Shown: positions 39,520-49,682, counted from the first letter of the stretch. The stretch: 64,000 nucleotides of DNA from Candidatus Helarchaeota archaeon (GCA_029838215.1 JALGVI010000011.1:1-64000); one strand, 5' to 3'. Made by a program: numbers and translations. The notes: generated by a model not told the origin, from the letters alone.

Positions 39520-41970
39520 TTATTCAATGTTCAACTTGTCAAGTAATTGTGAATTTATTTTTTTAACGGCTTTTCTTAACATGCCCTGGGCTGTTTCTAA
39601 ACGTAGGTTCATGGATTGAACCGTCTGTTGCCAAGTTCGAGCCTGCAAGAATCGCTTTATGATGAGGGATTTTTGAACGGGTGATAGGGAAACGTGAAAA
39701 ACATCCTGCCAATAGTATGACCTCAAAATCGAAAGGATCGCGTCAATTGCTATAATGTCGTCAACTTGTTTCTTCAAGTATGCGTTTAGTCGTGACATCT
39801 GGTTGGGAGATAATGTTAAAGCGCATGGTAAATCACCCCTAACATCAATCAAACTCTCCAAAATATCGTCTATTAATTCAGCATTAATATCGTAAAACAC
39901 GTGACGTATCCAATCAAAAAAGCGAATTTTAAATTCGTGGACTAATCGAGAAATAATTTGTTGTCCCCGATCTGATATTGGCTTTATGAAGAAAATTGAA
40001 TGTTCACCCGTAGATGGCGTTATACGGGGACTTAAATGAAAAGGTAAAAAACCACTTTTTCTCCAAAATCGAAAAAGCTGATGCGTGACGCCAAAACTTG
40101 TTCCAATCCAGTCATGACCTTTTTTTCGTGCGTGATCTTCAAGTCCTTTCAGAGCTTGACTCCCAAATCCCTGACCGGTCAACTCTGGGCACGTTGCAAT
40201 CCGCACGATGCGAAGTCCTGATAATTGAGGAAATTCAGCATCACGGAAATAAAGCGAAGCTATCCATGGTAAGATATTTCCCGGAAAATTTTTTCCTTCG
40301 TGCATTTGTGTTATTACTGTTTCCCCAAGTCCTCCTTCAATAACAGAGTGAATGGACACGAGACTGATTCCTGATTTATTATCCTTCAAAGTCCAAGCTT
40401 CATGTAAGTCCGAATCCGCAAGACGTAGAACATCGTCGGGATTATTGCGGTAATGTGCAGTGACAATGTTCCCAATGAATTGCTTGAAGTCCTGCTCGAA
40501 CAATTTCAAAAAACATGCATCTAAATCCAACTTTTCAAAGGTGATTTCAGATGAGAAGTCTCGCTGACGCGATAAAGACGGGATATATGTTCTGGGCTTT
40601 AAAAATGAGATCTCATGGAGCCATGATTCTACAGGATCGCCGTCATTATATCGGATTGGTGTTTTTAGCTTCTTTTGGAGAAGCTCGAATTTCTTATTTT
40701 TCAAATACGGAATGAACTTTAATGAAAACATCCGACCGACACCTTCGTAACCATGAACGGTAGAAGCCATGAGAACAATGGGTGATTGTTGGATGGCTCT
40801 TTTTAAAGTTTGGAAAGGGATGCCTGCAACCTCATCAATTATGAGAAGATCTGAAAGGCGCGTTTCTATTTCAACGATGGGTTGAATCTTGAATGACACG
40901 TTCCTCCATTGAATTTGCATTATGTCTTCGATTTGCATTTCTCTTGAAATGTCCTGCTTTCTTTTCCAAAATTTCACTGTGAATTTTTCTCCCGTTTCTC
41001 TCAAGACTTCATGTAAATGGCTGAGCAGGACTCGATAATTCGATTTTTCGGGTGCCGTAATCGCAATCACGATACGGTTTCTCTTCTTTCTCCGCAAGTA
41101 ATCCGCTAGTGCTACTGCTGCAATACCCAAAAAAGCAGATTTTCCCCTACCGCGGTCTGAAGAAACAAAAAAAATGCGCTTTTTTGATGTTGGTTTCATG
41201 ATCAGTCGTTCCAACTGAAGAAATGCTTCTACTTGGTCTTGCGTTCGGGCGAACCGGTAATACCTTGAATGGAATCTAACTACTGAAGGCACTCTCACGC
41301 ATTTTTCAGGCGTTGAATGTACCTTTCTTAAAAGAGGCGTTGAAACCATCAAATTTGAATCGAGATCAACGATGGAAATGCCCAACATTCCTCTCGATTT
41401 CTCAAGAAAAAAATGCTTGAATCGATTTTTCAAGAAGTCATCTTCAGTCAGGGCTCCTTGAAGATGTTTATCAAAGAATAGATGCTTCTTCTTCCACGCA
41501 TTAATCTCATCAATGATGAGAAAGATCCAACCACCTGCTCTCACGGATTCAACAAGGATATTCAACGCTGTTAATGTAAATTCGGTTCGTAAATCCACGA
41601 TGAGAAGATCACACGAGGATCCCATCATCTTCCGGACATTCTTGAAGTTAACTTTGACCACTTCTTGACCAAATCCTGAAATGACATCAAGAAGAGGAGA
41701 AATATCATCGCCATTTTCGTGGCAAATCAATATGTCCAAGTTCTTCTTTGCAGCATTCTTATCCTGTAAGGATGTCTGCCGGAGTTTTAAAAACTCTTCA
41801 ATGCAATTAATACTTTTATTAAATGAATTTGAACCAATGATGAATAGATGGCGAAAACCTGTTTGAAAAGAATGTTCAATGACCTCAAGAAAACGCTCTT
41901 GAACTTTGAATTGAAAAGAATTGCCACGAGATCGCATGTTCAAGAATGAAAACCCCCTAAATTTAACCAA
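39520..41970 (-). CDS. tmcA: RNA cytidine acetyltransferase TmcA/Nat10 (helicase + GNAT)
   Basis: SDRGRGKSAFLG, IDEVAGIP, STVHGYEGVGRMF, PIRYNDGDPVE, AHYRNNPDD, RIVRIATCP, TGEHS. Confidence 0.95.
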   Translation of the reverse strand: MVKFRGFSFLNMRSRGNSFQFKVQERFLEVIEHSFQTGFRHLFIIGSNSFNKSINCIEEFLKLRQTSLQDKNAAKKNLDILICHENGDDISPLLDVISGFGQEVVKVNFKNVRKMMGSSCDLLIVDLRTEFTLTALNILVESVRAGGWIFLIIDEINAWKKKHLFFDKHLQGALTEDDFLKNRFKHFFLEKSRGMLGISIVDLDSNLMVSTPLLRKVHSTPEKCVRVPSVVRFHSRYYRFARTQDQVEAFLQLERLIMKPTSKKRIFFVSSDRGRGKSAFLGIAAVALADYLRRKKRNRIVIAITAPEKSNYRVLLSHLHEVLRETGEKFTVKFWKRKQDISREMQIEDIMQIQWRNVSFKIQPIVEIETRLSDLLIIDEVAGIPFQTLKRAIQQSPIVLMASTVHGYEGVGRMFSLKFIPYLKNKKFELLQKKLKTPIRYNDGDPVESWLHEISFLKPRTYIPSLSRQRDFSSEITFEKLDLDACFLKLFEQDFKQFIGNIVTAHYRNNPDDVLRLADSDLHEAWTLKDNKSGISLVSIHSVIEGGLGETVITQMHEGKNFPGNILPWIASLYFRDAEFPQLSGLRIVRIATCPELTGQGFGSQALKGLEDHARKKGHDWIGTSFGVTHQLFRFWRKSGFLPFHLSPRITPSTGEHSIFFIKPISDRGQQIISRLVHEFKIRFFDWIRHVFYDINAELIDDILESLIDVRGDLPCALTLSPNQMSRLNAYLKKQVDDIIAIDAILSILRSYYWQDVFHVSLSPVQKSLIIKRFLQARTWQQTVQSMNLRLETAQGMLRKAVKKINSQLLDKLNIE

Positions 41971-42036
41971 TTAAGAAAACGGATGCGGATACCACGAGAC
42001 CAGACGAATTAATAAAAAGAAGTTGATGTTCATTCC

Positions 42037-42219
42037 TTATTTAATCTTCTGGTACATGTTTTTCGAAATGCGACGTATTTTATTAGCTTGAATAAATTGG
42101 TTTAAAATGTTGCGGGCTTCATGTTTCTCAGAGCTTTTATCAAAACCAATTAAGTCCATGAACTGCTGGAGCGAGAAATTCTTGCCCAAATCTTTCTCAA
42201 CTTGTGAATAAAGTCCCAT
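42037..42219 (-). CDS. Small winged-helix-like hypothetical protein
   Basis: 60 aa with a helix-helix-wing pattern (EARNILNQFIQANKIRRISKNMYQK). Confidence 0.6.
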   Translation of the reverse strand: MGLYSQVEKDLGKNFSLQQFMDLIGFDKSSEKHEARNILNQFIQANKIRRISKNMYQKIK

Positions 42220-42400
42220 GTGATATCAACCTTTTTTTTATTATTGATAATGAAGAATTTTCCGTCTTTAAATTTTTCTAACTTCAAAAACGACTAAAAC
42301 TCATTTTCAAGCAATTAAACAAATCTGTATTCATCCATTAGAAAATTTAATATATTCCAAATTGCTTTTTTTTTCATCATTGAAAGATTGGAGAGCACTC

Positions 42401-43318
42401 ATGGATTTAAGACTCGAAATATTAAAATCATTTCTTAAAGTTGCCGAATTAGGAAGCTTTTCTGGTGCTGCCATACAATTAAAAAAATCACAAGGCGGAA
42501 TCAGTCAACAAATCGCAAGCCTTGAAGAATATTTTGGAGCTGAGTTGTTCAAACGGACAATGAAAGGCGTGAAACTTACAGAGGAAGGAAAAGTTCTCGT
42601 AAAACGAGCGAAAGAATTATTTGAACTTCTAGACTTGGCTCAAAAAGAAATTAATGAACTAAAAGATGAAAACCGAGGCAAGATTCTCATTGCAGCAAGT
42701 ACCATTCCTGGAGAGCACCTGCTACCCGTGATCATTTCCGCATTTAAGAGCCAAAATCCTCAAATTAATTTTGAGCTCGAATCATCGGATTCAGAGCTGA
42801 GCCTTAGAAAATTGGAAGAAAAACAAGTCGATTTTGCGGCAGTAGGAATAAACATGATGACATTACAAAAATTTGATAGTGTTGAATTGGCACGAGAACA
42901 ACTGGTCGTCATCATGTCTCCCGAACACCCATTGGCTGAAAAAAAACAAATACACATTCAAGACCTCCTTCAATATCCTTTTGTAACCCGTGATTCAACA
43001 TCTGGAACAAGAATTGAAACCGAAAAACTGTTGGAAAAAGCAGGGTTGGTACCATCACAACTTCAGATTCATCTAACATTAGCAACAACAGAATCCGTAA
43101 TTACAGCAGTCTCTGAAGGACTTGGAATCAGCATGATTTCCTCAATTGCCGCGTTTAAAGCCGCTGCCGCAAACCGCATTAAAGCAACTCCTCTCAAGAT
43201 CCCTTCTCCACCTGTCCGGTCTCTATACCTCGTTAGATTAAAGCAAAAATCTCAAGATCGCCTCTTAGATCTCTTTTGGGAATTCGTCAAGCAATTCATG
43301 ATGAAAAAAATGCAATGA
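42401..43318 (+). CDS. LysR-family transcriptional regulator
   Basis: LKSFLKVAELGSFSGAAIQLKKSQGGISQQIASLEEYFG.ELF.R; AASTIPGEHLLP; RDSTSGTR. Confidence 0.93.
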   Translation: MDLRLEILKSFLKVAELGSFSGAAIQLKKSQGGISQQIASLEEYFGAELFKRTMKGVKLTEEGKVLVKRAKELFELLDLAQKEINELKDENRGKILIAASTIPGEHLLPVIISAFKSQNPQINFELESSDSELSLRKLEEKQVDFAAVGINMMTLQKFDSVELAREQLVVIMSPEHPLAEKKQIHIQDLLQYPFVTRDSTSGTRIETEKLLEKAGLVPSQLQIHLTLATTESVITAVSEGLGISMISSIAAFKAAAANRIKATPLKIPSPPVRSLYLVRLKQKSQDRLLDLFWEFVKQFMMKKMQ

Positions 43319-43535
43319 TTCGTCTTTTTTTTCTATAAACTCTTTATATCCAACTTATCTCCTAAACAGGAACATCAATGACACTCCATTTTCCAAGCAT
43401 TTCTCGAACCGAGATTTAGAAGATGAGAAATCCCCTAATAAAAATCTTGCATCAAAAAACCGGAATATAAATTTTAATAAGCAACAATTTAGATAGATAT
43501 TCGTAGCCAAGCAATAAGGATTTGGATTGATTTGT

Positions 43536-44309
43536 ATGGTGAGAACTTGTCCATTTTGTAACCGAAACGTCATGGAAAAAGATAAATGGTGCCCTTGGTG
43601 CGGTAAAAAACTTTCAGATCAAGTAGAAACTACCGTAAACCCCATAAAAGCGCAGGAGCCAGCTGTGACAACACCCGAGCCCGCGCAGAGTGCTTCACCT
43701 ACCACTTCTCCAGTACCTACCATGACCGAATTGCCCATGCCTGAAAATCAAGCCATTGAACAATACTTACTTAGGGCAAGAATTGAAAAAATGAATGAAA
43801 AACTAAAAGAAGCAAAAGAAAAAATCAATCAATATTTGACAAAAATTGAAGCTCAAGGAGCAACCATTTCGGATGACGACATTCAGGAGTTGAAAGTTCT
43901 CGTTCAAAAAATAAAAACCAAACGAGACGAATTAGTCCGTAAGAAAATCGATCTTCCATTCGAAGAAAACCTCCTTCAAAAACGTCAAGAAATTGAAGGA
44001 AAACTCCGGAAAGTCCAAAATACGTTCATGACACAAAAAATCTCAGAAGTTGCATTCAATAAACTGAAAGAAGAATATGAAAGCGAACTAAATCAGATTA
44101 AAGCTAAAATGACTCAACAGAACCACTTCGAACAAATACTTAAAACGAAATTGGAAAAAAGACAAAAAATACTCGAAGAAGAGCTAGAAGTCCTCAAGGC
44201 AAAACTTGAAATCCAAGAACTTACGGAAGAATCTTACCAAGAACGCTTAAAAACAACCCAGAAAGAATTGGATGATATAAAACTGGTTTTATCTAAACTA
44301 ATTGCATGA
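43536..44309 (+). CDS. Double zinc-ribbon protein with Pro/Thr linker and CdvA-like coiled coil
   Basis: CPFC...CPWC; two similar helical hairpin ends (QKISEVAFNKLKEEY; QELTEESYQERL). Confidence 0.65.
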   Translation: MVRTCPFCNRNVMEKDKWCPWCGKKLSDQVETTVNPIKAQEPAVTTPEPAQSASPTTSPVPTMTELPMPENQAIEQYLLRARIEKMNEKLKEAKEKINQYLTKIEAQGATISDDDIQELKVLVQKIKTKRDELVRKKIDLPFEENLLQKRQEIEGKLRKVQNTFMTQKISEVAFNKLKEEYESELNQIKAKMTQQNHFEQILKTKLEKRQKILEEELEVLKAKLEIQELTEESYQERLKTTQKELDDIKLVLSKLIA

Positions 44310-44392
44310 TAAAAGGAAATTTGGAATAGGTAAAATTTTTAAAATTTCAAGTCATGACTTTCTTAAAGGTGTTTCACGATGGTGAATAATTC

Positions 44393-44980
44393 TTGAGCCG
44401 TGAGCCTAAGCGTTTCAGGGATGACCGATCGAGGCGGAAAACCCGCGACGAAGAACATCACTCAAGAGATAGGGATTACCAGCAAAAGAAAAATTACTCG
44501 CCTCAGAGCTCATATAGACGGAGACCACATGATTCACGACAAAAACGTTACCATGATAATAGATCTTCTTTTCGACGTCAGCCCTCCACGCGAACTCAAC
44601 CCAAAATCACTCTTGAAGAATTCCTAAAAAAACAAAACGGTTATTGCGGACCCGGATGCCCTGAACATCTCTTTAAATGTCAAAAACGTGCTCTCGGCAG
44701 AAGACGGCAGGATAAAAACGGAAACTGGAAGGTCGAATGTAATTTCATTGAAGGCGAATACTGCGAAGGACCAAACTGCCAATTTGCTTTTTGTGCTAAG
44801 CGGAAAATGCGCTCCGATGGAAAATGCAGTCTTTTAAAAGAAACATCAAACCCCCAAAAAAGCACTTGGGATGACGAACTGGATGATGATGTTGATCCAA
44901 GCAACTCACTCAAGAGCTTCAGGTTTCAGGATAAAATTAAAAAGAAAATCCGCCACTATGATGACTTTGATGATTTTTAG
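44393..44980 (+). CDS. Arg/Asp/Ser-rich disordered N-terminus plus Cys-rich domain
   Basis: RFRDDRSRRKTRDEEHHSRDRD...; CGPGCPEHLFKC...CNFIEGEYCEGPNCQFAFC...DGKC. Confidence 0.75.
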   Translation: MSREPKRFRDDRSRRKTRDEEHHSRDRDYQQKKNYSPQSSYRRRPHDSRQKRYHDNRSSFRRQPSTRTQPKITLEEFLKKQNGYCGPGCPEHLFKCQKRALGRRRQDKNGNWKVECNFIEGEYCEGPNCQFAFCAKRKMRSDGKCSLLKETSNPQKSTWDDELDDDVDPSNSLKSFRFQDKIKKKIRHYDDFDDF

Positions 44981-45166
44981 TGCCAATCTTCTTTTTAGTT
45001 CGGTAACCACTCTCAAACCTGCGTAGGAACGTCATTTCAAAACGAGTTATGTTCGCTTGATCTGCATCCGAGTTTTTATCATCGAGTGATTATCACTATT
45101 TAATGATAAATTCATTATTTTATTTTAACTTATCACTAAAACGAAAAAAAGAATCGTTCGTTTTTT

Positions 45167-45973
45167 TCATTCCATGACACTCCAGCCAGTCACGTTTATG
45201 CCCAAGCAAGTCTCACCACAAGATTTATTTGCGTTGATCAAAGTGGCCACCATGCATTCTATTTGCCGTGCGAAGATAAGATCTCGCGTCCCACTCGGAT
45301 CTTTTAGCTCGATCACGGAAATGCCTTCTATTAAATGCGCGAGTTGAACGGTGCGTCTTCTTGCTTCAGGATCATTTCCAAAAATGAAAACCGTGCGATA
45401 TATGGGCTTTCTCAAGTTTTGAAGGGAATGCGCTGCAAGAGTCTTGAATGCACCGATAACAGGAACATTTGGAATCAAGGCAGCTATGTGCTCACTTGCA
45501 GATCCGTAACCATTATCCGCCCTGGTTAGGAAAATTCCCCCGTCATTTATTAACGGGACGGTGCAATCTATCAACAGGCTTTTTGCATTTATGCAAGATT
45601 TGATTTCAGGAATCATCTTGGAGATCGTCTTATAAGGCAAGGTCAGGATTATGATGTCGGCATCTTTTACGGCTTCGCGGTTTGTTGTTCCTTCAATGAG
45701 TTTTTCTGCAAGAGCCCGTTCGGTTTTTGCATCATTGAGAAATTTCTTTTCTGATTTTTCACGTGATAAATGCTCTAAGAGAATTTTGTTATATTCTTCA
45801 GTTTTTCTTCGAGCTTTTTCTTCCGATCGTGATCCAATTATGATTTTATCGATTTTTACATCATCTCTTATGATATTTGCCAATGTGAGCCGCATTGAAA
45901 GTCCAGCACCGATGGCACCTGTGCCCCCTGGTAGGACAATTTTGCCAAATTCGAGGGTTTGTTCCGGTTTCAT
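45167..45973 (-). CDS. npdG: NADPH-dependent F420 reductase (F420H2:NADP+ oxidoreductase)
   Basis: GGTGAIGAGL, IGSRSEEKA, ADIIILTLPY, IDCTVPL, GSASEHIA, VIGAFKTLAA. Confidence 0.85.
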   Translation of the reverse strand: MKPEQTLEFGKIVLPGGTGAIGAGLSMRLTLANIIRDDVKIDKIIIGSRSEEKARRKTEEYNKILLEHLSREKSEKKFLNDAKTERALAEKLIEGTTNREAVKDADIIILTLPYKTISKMIPEIKSCINAKSLLIDCTVPLINDGGIFLTRADNGYGSASEHIAALIPNVPVIGAFKTLAAHSLQNLRKPIYRTVFIFGNDPEARRRTVQLAHLIEGISVIELKDPSGTRDLIFARQIECMVATLINANKSCGETCLGINVTGWSVME

Positions 45974-46148
45974 TAAATCTCCGCCTTTATGGTTAGGAAT
46001 TTTCTATAATGAAATGAAATTCATTCTTTCGTTAGCCGGAAGAAGATTTTATCATTGTTAGAAATTTATTCTGAGAATAAGAATTAAACGGATAATTGAA
46101 AATATTATAACAAAGAAATTTCATTTTATTCATTGAGAGGAAAAATCG

Positions 46149-47549
46149 TTGCCAGATTTAAATGCTGATAAGATCCCCGTTCATGTCGTGTTACTGGGTC
46201 ATATTGATCACGGTAAAACGAAGCTTGCAAGGCAGCTAAGCGACGTGATTTCAACTGCGGGATTGGACAAGCATCCACAGTCCAAAGAACGGGGAATTAC
46301 CATTGACTTGGGATTTACGGCATTTACATTGAAGAATTACTTGGTCACCTTGATTGACGCACCGGGACATGCTGATTTAATTCGAAGCGTGGTTGCGGCA
46401 TCAACCATAGCAGATGCAGCTATATTGGTAGTCGCTGCAAATGAAGGTCCGAAGATCCAAACTGGGGAACATGTCTTGATATTGGATGGGTTCAAGATTA
46501 AAAACGTGATTGTTGCACTAACAAAAATTGATTTGATTCGACCAGAAGAAATTCCAACAAGGATCAAGCAGGTTCGCAGCATTTTGTCAGGGACATCGCT
46601 TGTTAATGTTCCAATCATTCCTGTTTCAGGTCTGACTGGTGATGGAATTCAGGCATTAAAAGAAGCATTGGTAAATATTTTATCCCCTCCAGAACGGCTT
46701 CTTGACGGGCAATTAAAGATGCCGGTCGATCATGCATTTTCTGTAAAGGGTTCAGGAACGGTAATGACAGGCACCATACATCGCGGACGAGTTTCCATTG
46801 GTGATTTAATAGAAATTTATCCGGATCGGCAGGGAGGACGAGTCAGGTCCATTCAAGTCTTCAAGCAATCCCGAGAAAAAGCTAAAGCAGGAGACAGGGT
46901 CGGCATTGCCGTGGCGGGCTTGGATCCCAACCGAATTTCGCGTGGTTGTTATATGGCTACTCCTGGATCTTTAAGAATCGTGCAAGAATTGGAGATCAAG
47001 GCTAAGATGAATGGTTTTTATAAAGGCGGTCTCCATCCAAAAATGATGGTTCATTTAACAATTGGAATGCCAACAGTCTCTGGAACCGTTTATCCATACG
47101 TGAATGAAGATGGAAAAAAGATCATTAAGGAGAAAGTTGAACCTGGTGAAGAATTTAATGCTTTAATAAGACTTGGCGAGAAAATCACTGCGGAAGTAGG
47201 AGACCCCGTATTGATTTCAAGATTGGACCTACCGGTAACGAGCCTCCGAATCTTAGGAAGCGGGAACGTTATAAATATGGATATCGAGGCCATTACTTTC
47301 TTTCGTGAAAAAATTAAACAAGGAATGGTACGTGGGACCCATCAGCGAGGATACATCTTGGATCAAATTGCACGAAGTAAGATTGGTGCGGAGAAGTTCC
47401 TGAATTTGCAGGTGAAAACATATTCAGGAATAAAGGGGACGATTACCGAAACATTCGGAACGAAGGGATCCGTGATCGCAAAAATGGAACGTGATGTACA
47501 AGAAGGAGACGTTGTATTCGTGAGGATTTTAAGGAAGTATAAACTATGA
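46149..47549 (+). CDS. selB: Selenocysteine-specific elongation factor, archaeal/eukaryotic type
   Basis: GHIDHGKT, LDKHPQSKERGITIDLGF, DAPGHADLIR, PVDHAFSVKGSGTVMTGT; short domain IV (GTITETFGTKG). Adjacent to SepSecS and tRNA-Sec. Confidence 0.93.
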   Translation: MPDLNADKIPVHVVLLGHIDHGKTKLARQLSDVISTAGLDKHPQSKERGITIDLGFTAFTLKNYLVTLIDAPGHADLIRSVVAASTIADAAILVVAANEGPKIQTGEHVLILDGFKIKNVIVALTKIDLIRPEEIPTRIKQVRSILSGTSLVNVPIIPVSGLTGDGIQALKEALVNILSPPERLLDGQLKMPVDHAFSVKGSGTVMTGTIHRGRVSIGDLIEIYPDRQGGRVRSIQVFKQSREKAKAGDRVGIAVAGLDPNRISRGCYMATPGSLRIVQELEIKAKMNGFYKGGLHPKMMVHLTIGMPTVSGTVYPYVNEDGKKIIKEKVEPGEEFNALIRLGEKITAEVGDPVLISRLDLPVTSLRILGSGNVINMDIEAITFFREKIKQGMVRGTHQRGYILDQIARSKIGAEKFLNLQVKTYSGIKGTITETFGTKGSVIAKMERDVQEGDVVFVRILRKYKL

Positions 47550-48865
47550 AAGAATTAAAAGAATATTTACGCGGTTTGGCACCAGAATCGTTTATTAAAC
47601 GTGGAATAATTGGATTAAAAGCAAGTTTAGATCCCATCAAGAGATTATTCGAACAAAGACGCGTGCCTCAACAAGGATGGAATGAAGAACAAGTAAGAAC
47701 TCTCTTTAAATTATTGTCTGCATTAGATACTGATAAAGATCCGGGTGCCGCACGCGTTGGAGAGCGTGAAGCGAGAATTATCTCTCCACTGTTATCTGAA
47801 TTCGTTGCGGGTTTTTGTCATGGCATTGGAAGAAGCGGAGTTTTGTTTGCCGACCAACCAAAAGCACCCGGAGGATCGATCATGTATCGACTAACGAATC
47901 GATTGGCCTTGGATGCACTCAAGAGATTGGGAGTCCCGAATATTAAAACCGCTTTAGTATTACCTCTAGCAACAGGAATGAGTATTGCGTTGATATTGGC
48001 AACGATCAGGCAACAAAAAAAGGGAAAGAAAGTTATTTATCCGCGTGCGGATCATAAATCACCTTTAAAAGCCATTTATCTCTCAGGATTGGAAGCCGAT
48101 ATCGTCCAAGGCGAGATCGTTGGCGATGCTGTCAGGGTTCCACCTTCAAGGATTGAGGAACGGATTACGGATGATACCGTTGCAATCTTATCTACGACCA
48201 CGTTTTTTCCACCGAGGGAAAGTGATGACATCAAGGAGATCGCCAAGATTTGCAAAAAACACGACATATTCCACGTGATTAATAATGCATATGGTGTCCA
48301 AAGCGAAAAAACAATGAAAAATATTAGAAGTGCAATTGATGCGGGACGAGTCGATGCTTTCGTTCAGAGTACTGATAAAAATTTTTTGACTCCAGTTGGT
48401 GGTGCAATCATTGCTTCACCAGATCAACAGTTCATCGGGGATGTCAATCAAACACATGCAGGACGGGCCTCAGCAGCTCCCATAATTCAATTTTTAGCCT
48501 CGATTCTTCTCATGGGGCTAGATGGATACCAAAAAATGAGACAAGAACAATTGGAAAATAAAAAGATATTAAAAGAAGGATTAATTCCAATTGCAGAACG
48601 GTGGGGTGAACGACTTTTGGCAATTGAAAATCCCGTTTCTTGCACGATGACACTTACAAATTTTGATCCAAACAAAGTAGGGGGAGCTTTATATAACTTG
48701 AGGGTAACAGGACCTCGGGCAGTCCTTCCTTCAGAGTGGGGATCTTCAATTGACGGATACCCTCATCCTTATCTAGTCCTAAATGCTGCCATCGGGTCGC
48801 GAAAACAAGATGTTGAAGCGGTCTTGGTCAAATTGGAAAAAGCTTTTAGTCAAATAAATTATTAA
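47546..48865 (+). CDS. spcS: O-phosphoseryl-tRNA(Sec) selenium transferase (SepSecS)
   Basis: GVGEREAR-like RVGEREAR, HGIGRSG...QPKAPG, PLATGMS, HKSP, NNAYG, QSTDKNFLTPVGG, GRAS. Confidence 0.95.
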   Translation: MKELKEYLRGLAPESFIKRGIIGLKASLDPIKRLFEQRRVPQQGWNEEQVRTLFKLLSALDTDKDPGAARVGEREARIISPLLSEFVAGFCHGIGRSGVLFADQPKAPGGSIMYRLTNRLALDALKRLGVPNIKTALVLPLATGMSIALILATIRQQKKGKKVIYPRADHKSPLKAIYLSGLEADIVQGEIVGDAVRVPPSRIEERITDDTVAILSTTTFFPPRESDDIKEIAKICKKHDIFHVINNAYGVQSEKTMKNIRSAIDAGRVDAFVQSTDKNFLTPVGGAIIASPDQQFIGDVNQTHAGRASAAPIIQFLASILLMGLDGYQKMRQEQLENKKILKEGLIPIAERWGERLLAIENPVSCTMTLTNFDPNKVGGALYNLRVTGPRAVLPSEWGSSIDGYPHPYLVLNAAIGSRKQDVEAVLVKLEKAFSQINY

Positions 48866-48882
48866 TCGCATGAAAATTCAAT

Positions 48883-48998
48883 GGCGAGCCGTTGCACAGG
48901 TGGTCCTGGGCACCGGACTTCAGAGTCTCTAAAAAAATACGGAGCAATCCGGTATACCTGACGAAGGTATGGGGTTCGATTCCCCCGGCTTGCCGCCA
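48883..48998 (+). tRNA. selC: tRNA-Sec (UCA), 9/4 fold, with 23-nt BHB intron at 37/38 (48924-48946), CCA encoded
   Basis: 9-bp acceptor GGCGAGCCG/CGGCTTGCC, long D-stem with 4-nt loop, 6-bp anticodon stem ACCGGA/TCCGGT, loop CT-TCA-G^A, long variable arm ATACCT/AGGTAT, 4-bp T-stem GGGG-TTCGATT-CCCC, G73-CCA. Confidence 0.95.
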
Positions 48999-49046
48999 AA
49001 TCTGCTCAAATGTTGCATTTTCTCTTAGAATATTATTCAATTTGAT

Positions 49047-49682
49047 TCATTGGAACTCTTCCGGATTTAATCGTTTTATCTCCGGATGTGCAGACGGATT
49101 AAAACCAAAGACGATTTCGACAAATTGGTTGAGCATGTATGCCGTAGCACCCCAAATCGTATGTTCATCATATTGATAGTAAAATACCGGGAATTTTTTT
49201 CCATGAAAATCAAAAAGTTTTTCAGAAAATGTATCTTTGTTTAGAAACACGTGAAGTGGTGTTTCAATGATGTATTCTACTTCTGTTTTATTAGGAGAAT
49301 AATCGAATGGGTATTGAACGTATCCCACGAATGGTGAAATGACATAATGAGTTAACGTGAACATGTCATCCAGCTCACCGAGAATTTCGATTTTTTCTCT
49401 CGGTAAATGAATCTCTTCTTCAGTCTCACGAAGCGCAGTATCAAGTAGCGACTCATCGCCTTCTTCAATTTTTCCACCTGGAAAGGAAATTTCACCCTTA
49501 TGTTTCTTCAGGTTATTTGCGCGTTTGGTCAATATTACATGAGGCTCATCATCTTTTTCGAATAATAAAAGAAGGACTGCTGAATGTCTATATTCTGGGT
49601 ATGCAATCTTGAATTTGTTGCGATTCTTTAATGATTTTTTAACGTTTTCCTTGGAGAAAAATCGGATCGATGGCACTTTCAT
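49047..49682 (-). CDS. Nudix hydrolase, CoA pyrophosphatase type
   Basis: LTKRANNLKKHKGEISFPGG...ALRETEEEI...IWGATA. Confidence 0.93.
   Translation of the reverse strand: MKVPSIRFFSKENVKKSLKNRNKFKIAYPEYRHSAVLLLLFEKDDEPHVILTKRANNLKKHKGEISFPGGKIEEGDESLLDTALRETEEEIHLPREKIEILGELDDMFTLTHYVISPFVGYVQYPFDYSPNKTEVEYIIETPLHVFLNKDTFSEKLFDFHGKKFPVFYYQYDEHTIWGATAYMLNQFVEIVFGFNPSAHPEIKRLNPEEFQ

Noticed and set aside
48846-49176. ORFs 48846-49040 (-) and 48892-49176 (+)
   Set aside because: They overlap the tRNA-Sec and the Nudix gene and are not protein-like.
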